Source of the DNA: Trichormus sp. ATA11-4-KO1
Lineage (GTDB): Bacteria > Cyanobacteriota > Cyanobacteriia > Cyanobacteriales > Nostocaceae
Length of the DNA: 31,895 bases
Direction: 5' to 3'
Assembly: GCA_019358915.1 (NCBI GenBank)
Contig: JAHHIM010000044.1
Location: 1-31,895 of the forward strand
The stretch's first letter is position 1, and every line of letters begins with the position of its first letter. Of this stretch, positions 29,939-31,895 are shown piece after piece. The position numbers were made by a program, and so were the translations under genes. The notes under the pieces are model-generated. The model was given only the letters and a program-made list of their open reading frames with translations. It ran no database searches and had not been told where the DNA came from.

Positions 29939-30868
29939 CTACACATCCATCAACTTTAAAGCACTGCTATCACTAGGTCTAGCTTTGAGATAACGGTCAG
30001 TAGTCGCTAAATTGGCATGACCCAAAGTTTCCTTTACCAGCACCGGATTAGTCCCCCGCTCAATAGCGTGAGAACCATGAGCATGACGCAACCAATGAAC
30101 CGAAACTTTATCACTCAGCCCCGTCGCCTCTGCTATTTCCTTAATAATCGGATGTAGATTTTGACGGTCTAGATGTCCTCCCTTCTGACTCTGGAACACC
30201 GCATCTGTCGCCAGAGCATCTCCCTTAAACTCCATCAATTCTGCCCACAATTTTGACTTGATGAGAATAGTACGGTTCTTGCTGCCCTTAGTCTTGCGAA
30301 TATAAACCTGTCCACTATCCCCACGCGGACTTAAATCTCCCCATACGAGCTGACATAGTTCATTAGCCCGTAGCCCTGCTTGGTACAGCAACTTGATAAT
30401 TAACAAATTGCGACGAGCTACATATTGCCTTTTCGGTGTCTTCACGGACTCCAGTTTCTTCTGTGCCATCCGCACCAACAACTTAATATCACCCTCATCT
30501 AAATACCGCTCATTGATTGCGTCTGGCATTTCACTCAACTTGAGTGCCATCCCCACATTGAAAGGCAGATAACCAATTTTATGGGCGAAAGAAATCAAAC
30601 TTTTAGCTGCCGCCAGATACATCCGTCTGGTACTTTCAGCGCAACCCCCAAATTCCGTCGCGTATTCCACCAAATCTTCATAGGTAACTTTTTTGAGTGG
30701 TTTACCCAAAAAAATTAAAAATCGCTTCGTATAACGCTGGTAAGCCTGTACTGATGACTCTGCCTTGCCATCCAACCACAACGAAATCAACTTCGCCTCC
30801 GCTTGCATTGGCGTAAGCGATGCGATCGCCTGACGATAGTTGCTCACCTTCACCAACGACAGAGCCAT
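29939..30868 (-). CDS. Tyrosine recombinase (XerD/integrase family)
   Basis: Complete catalytic set: GLRANEL (R), KGSK (K), HWLRH (HxxR), LGH and RYL (Y). Confidence 0.93.
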   Translation of the reverse strand: MALSLVKVSNYRQAIASLTPMQAEAKLISLWLDGKAESSVQAYQRYTKRFLIFLGKPLKKVTYEDLVEYATEFGGCAESTRRMYLAAAKSLISFAHKIGYLPFNVGMALKLSEMPDAINERYLDEGDIKLLVRMAQKKLESVKTPKRQYVARRNLLIIKLLYQAGLRANELCQLVWGDLSPRGDSGQVYIRKTKGSKNRTILIKSKLWAELMEFKGDALATDAVFQSQKGGHLDRQNLHPIIKEIAEATGLSDKVSVHWLRHAHGSHAIERGTNPVLVKETLGHANLATTDRYLKARPSDSSALKLMDV

Positions 30869-30887
30869 TTTGATTACTCTCTTTTTT

Positions 30888-30915
30888 ATCAGACATAATT
30901 GTAGTTTTGTCTGTT
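30888..30915. other. dif-like 11-6-11 recombination/operator site
   Basis: ATCAGACATAA-TTGTAG-TTTTGTCTGTT with inverted arms (inner 8 of 9 match), about 20 bp upstream of the recombinase ATG. Confidence 0.6.
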
Positions 30916-30978
30916 TTTATATTGTCTGATTTTTATTGTCTCTCAAGACAGGTACTTGAGATACATATGTTTAATTTA

Positions 30979-31281
30979 TTAAGTTATGTTAAGAGGTAAC
31001 TTACTTAAGTGTTTGATGAGTGAAAGGCACTGCACTACCAGAGGTCTGTTAAGGATACTCATGACTTCGCCTGGATTGGGACTTGGTAGCAGGGGACTCC
31101 AATCGCCTACCTGGGCATAGCCAATAACCTGTAAGTAGTGGATTGTACTGGTTACAGCTTTAGAAGAACCAATCAACAGATGTTTGAGTGGTTCTCTAAG
31201 AGGAACTGTGTTGTCAGACGCTTGATTTTGGACGGGTGGATTTGGGTCTTCTACACCGGATAGGAAGCTTTGGGTAATCAT
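30979..31281 (-). CDS. Small cyanobacterial hypothetical protein
   Basis: REPLKHLLIGS..AVTSTIHYL...GYA.VGDWSPLLP.PNPGEVMSIL resembles a small cyanobacterial family as I recall it; the tail after LVVQ may be non-native. Confidence 0.7.
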   Translation of the reverse strand: MITQSFLSGVEDPNPPVQNQASDNTVPLREPLKHLLIGSSKAVTSTIHYLQVIGYAQVGDWSPLLPSPNPGEVMSILNRPLVVQCLSLIKHLSKLPLNIT

Positions 31282-31330
31282 GATTCACCTGTGTTGAGCA
31301 GGAATGGCTATTACCCACAATAAAGTTGTT

Positions 31331-31373
31331 GTTGTCATGGTGACAACTAATTAATGCACCCGTGACAACTAAT
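31331..31373. repeat. GTGACAA...AATGCAC..GTGACAAC repeat unit, copy 1
   Basis: GTGACAACTAAT at 31340 and 31362, plus inverted repeat GTTGTCA-TGG-TGACAAC at 31331-31347. Confidence 0.7.
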
Positions 31374-31698
31374 CATTGCACTCTGTATCGTTTTTGCGGC
31401 GACGCTTTCTTGCCCAGATTTCTCTGAGGTGAGCAGGTTCATTTTCAAATTGAGTCCACAGCGCATGAATTTCTGCCAGTCTGCGTTTGTCAGCTTCCGA
31501 CGGTTCTCTACGATGTTCACCTTGAGAAAACCAATGAGCCACCGTGCTTTTAGAGCGTCCGCATAACTCTGCCAGTTCTTCATAGTTGACAGCCCAATGT
31601 TTTAGGAACTCTTCAGGCTCCATCTTGATAGCAACCTTAGCTTGATAAACCTTAAACAGTTCCCAGTGTCTTCTAGTAGGGGTTTTGGCTGCAATCAT
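31369..31698 (-). CDS. XRE-like HTH protein (start possibly at 31623)
   Basis: YEELAELCGRSKSTVAHWFSQG helix-turn-helix. Confidence 0.78.
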   Translation of the reverse strand: MIAAKTPTRRHWELFKVYQAKVAIKMEPEEFLKHWAVNYEELAELCGRSKSTVAHWFSQGEHRREPSEADKRRLAEIHALWTQFENEPAHLREIWARKRRRKNDTECND

Positions 31699-31699
31699 A

Positions 31700-31730
31700 G
31701 TGACAATTATCTAAATGCACAGGTGACAAC
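31700..31730. repeat. GTGACAA...AATGCAC..GTGACAAC repeat unit, copy 2
   Basis: GTGACAATTATCTAAATGCACAGGTGACAAC, immediately upstream of the HTH ATG on the minus strand. Confidence 0.7.
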
Positions 31731-31768
31731 ATAGTAATCATCATATCCTGCTCTTAAACAAAGCAGTC

Positions 31769-31895
31769 TGTGACTTGAAGAAGATTTTGGACAGGTTTGG
31801 AAGAAGAAAATGGACAGGTTGCAGACTGAAATACTTATAACTTCGTTAAGAAAAGAATAAAGCCATTGTCCATTTGGAAGAAGAAAATGGACATA
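31769..31895 (+). mobile_element. Probable end of a Tn7/Tn5053/Mu-like transposon extending rightwards
   Basis: Terminal TGT at 31769; degenerate site TTGAAGAAGATTTTGGACAGG at 31775; perfect 21-bp repeats TTTGGAAGAAGAAAATGGACA at 31796 and 31873. Confidence 0.65.

Larger units (their letters stand above)
1551..30829. repeat. Dispersed HIP1 octamers (GCGATCGC), a cyanobacterial signature
   Basis: Roughly 20 copies seen by eye, for example at 1551, 3411, 3758, 5128, 5835, 28482, 28509, 29621 and 30822. Confidence 0.9.

Noticed and set aside
30984..30994. XerD-arm-like TTATGTTAAGA as a second dif site
   Set aside because: No matching left arm at 6-bp spacing; likely chance in AT-rich DNA.
31775..31895. 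CRISPR array from the 21-bp repeats
   Set aside because: The first two units are adjacent with no spacer, spacing is irregular, and no cas genes are present; a transposon end fits better.

Overview
Cyanobacterial (Nostocales-like, rich in HIP1 GCGATCGC) accessory or plasmid-like DNA. Most of the window (about 123-26815) is a Dpd 7-deazaguanine DNA modification/restriction island on the minus strand: a YaaA/DpdC-like domain fused to DpdA, then dpdE, F, G, H, I, J, K and D. It is extended by a non-canonical module of a DndB-type DGQHR protein transcribed divergently from an RHH-like protein and a second DpdJ-paralogous helicase. An AT-rich three-gene cassette (DUF262, ABC/AAA ATPase, colicin-E3-like RNase; probably Menshen-like) sits in the opposite orientation between dpdJ and dpdK. 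The island shows several abrupt deletion junctions: dpdA|dpdE, inside dpdJ, and two inside the DpdJ paralog. Three of the four SF2 helicases thereby lack motif II and DpdA lacks its zinc-binding tail. These junctions may be real decay or assembly/processing artefacts. Mobile DNA includes an IS701-like end at the left edge, a 94-bp MITE with the same terminal repeats and a TATAT target duplication, an IS630 stub fused to a protease gene, and a probable Tn7/Mu-like transposon end at the right edge. The right 5 kb looks like plasmid backbone: a trypsin-like protease, an RHH protein, a tyrosine recombinase with a dif-like site, and an HTH gene framed by direct repeats. All calls come from motif recognition by eye; no database searches were run.
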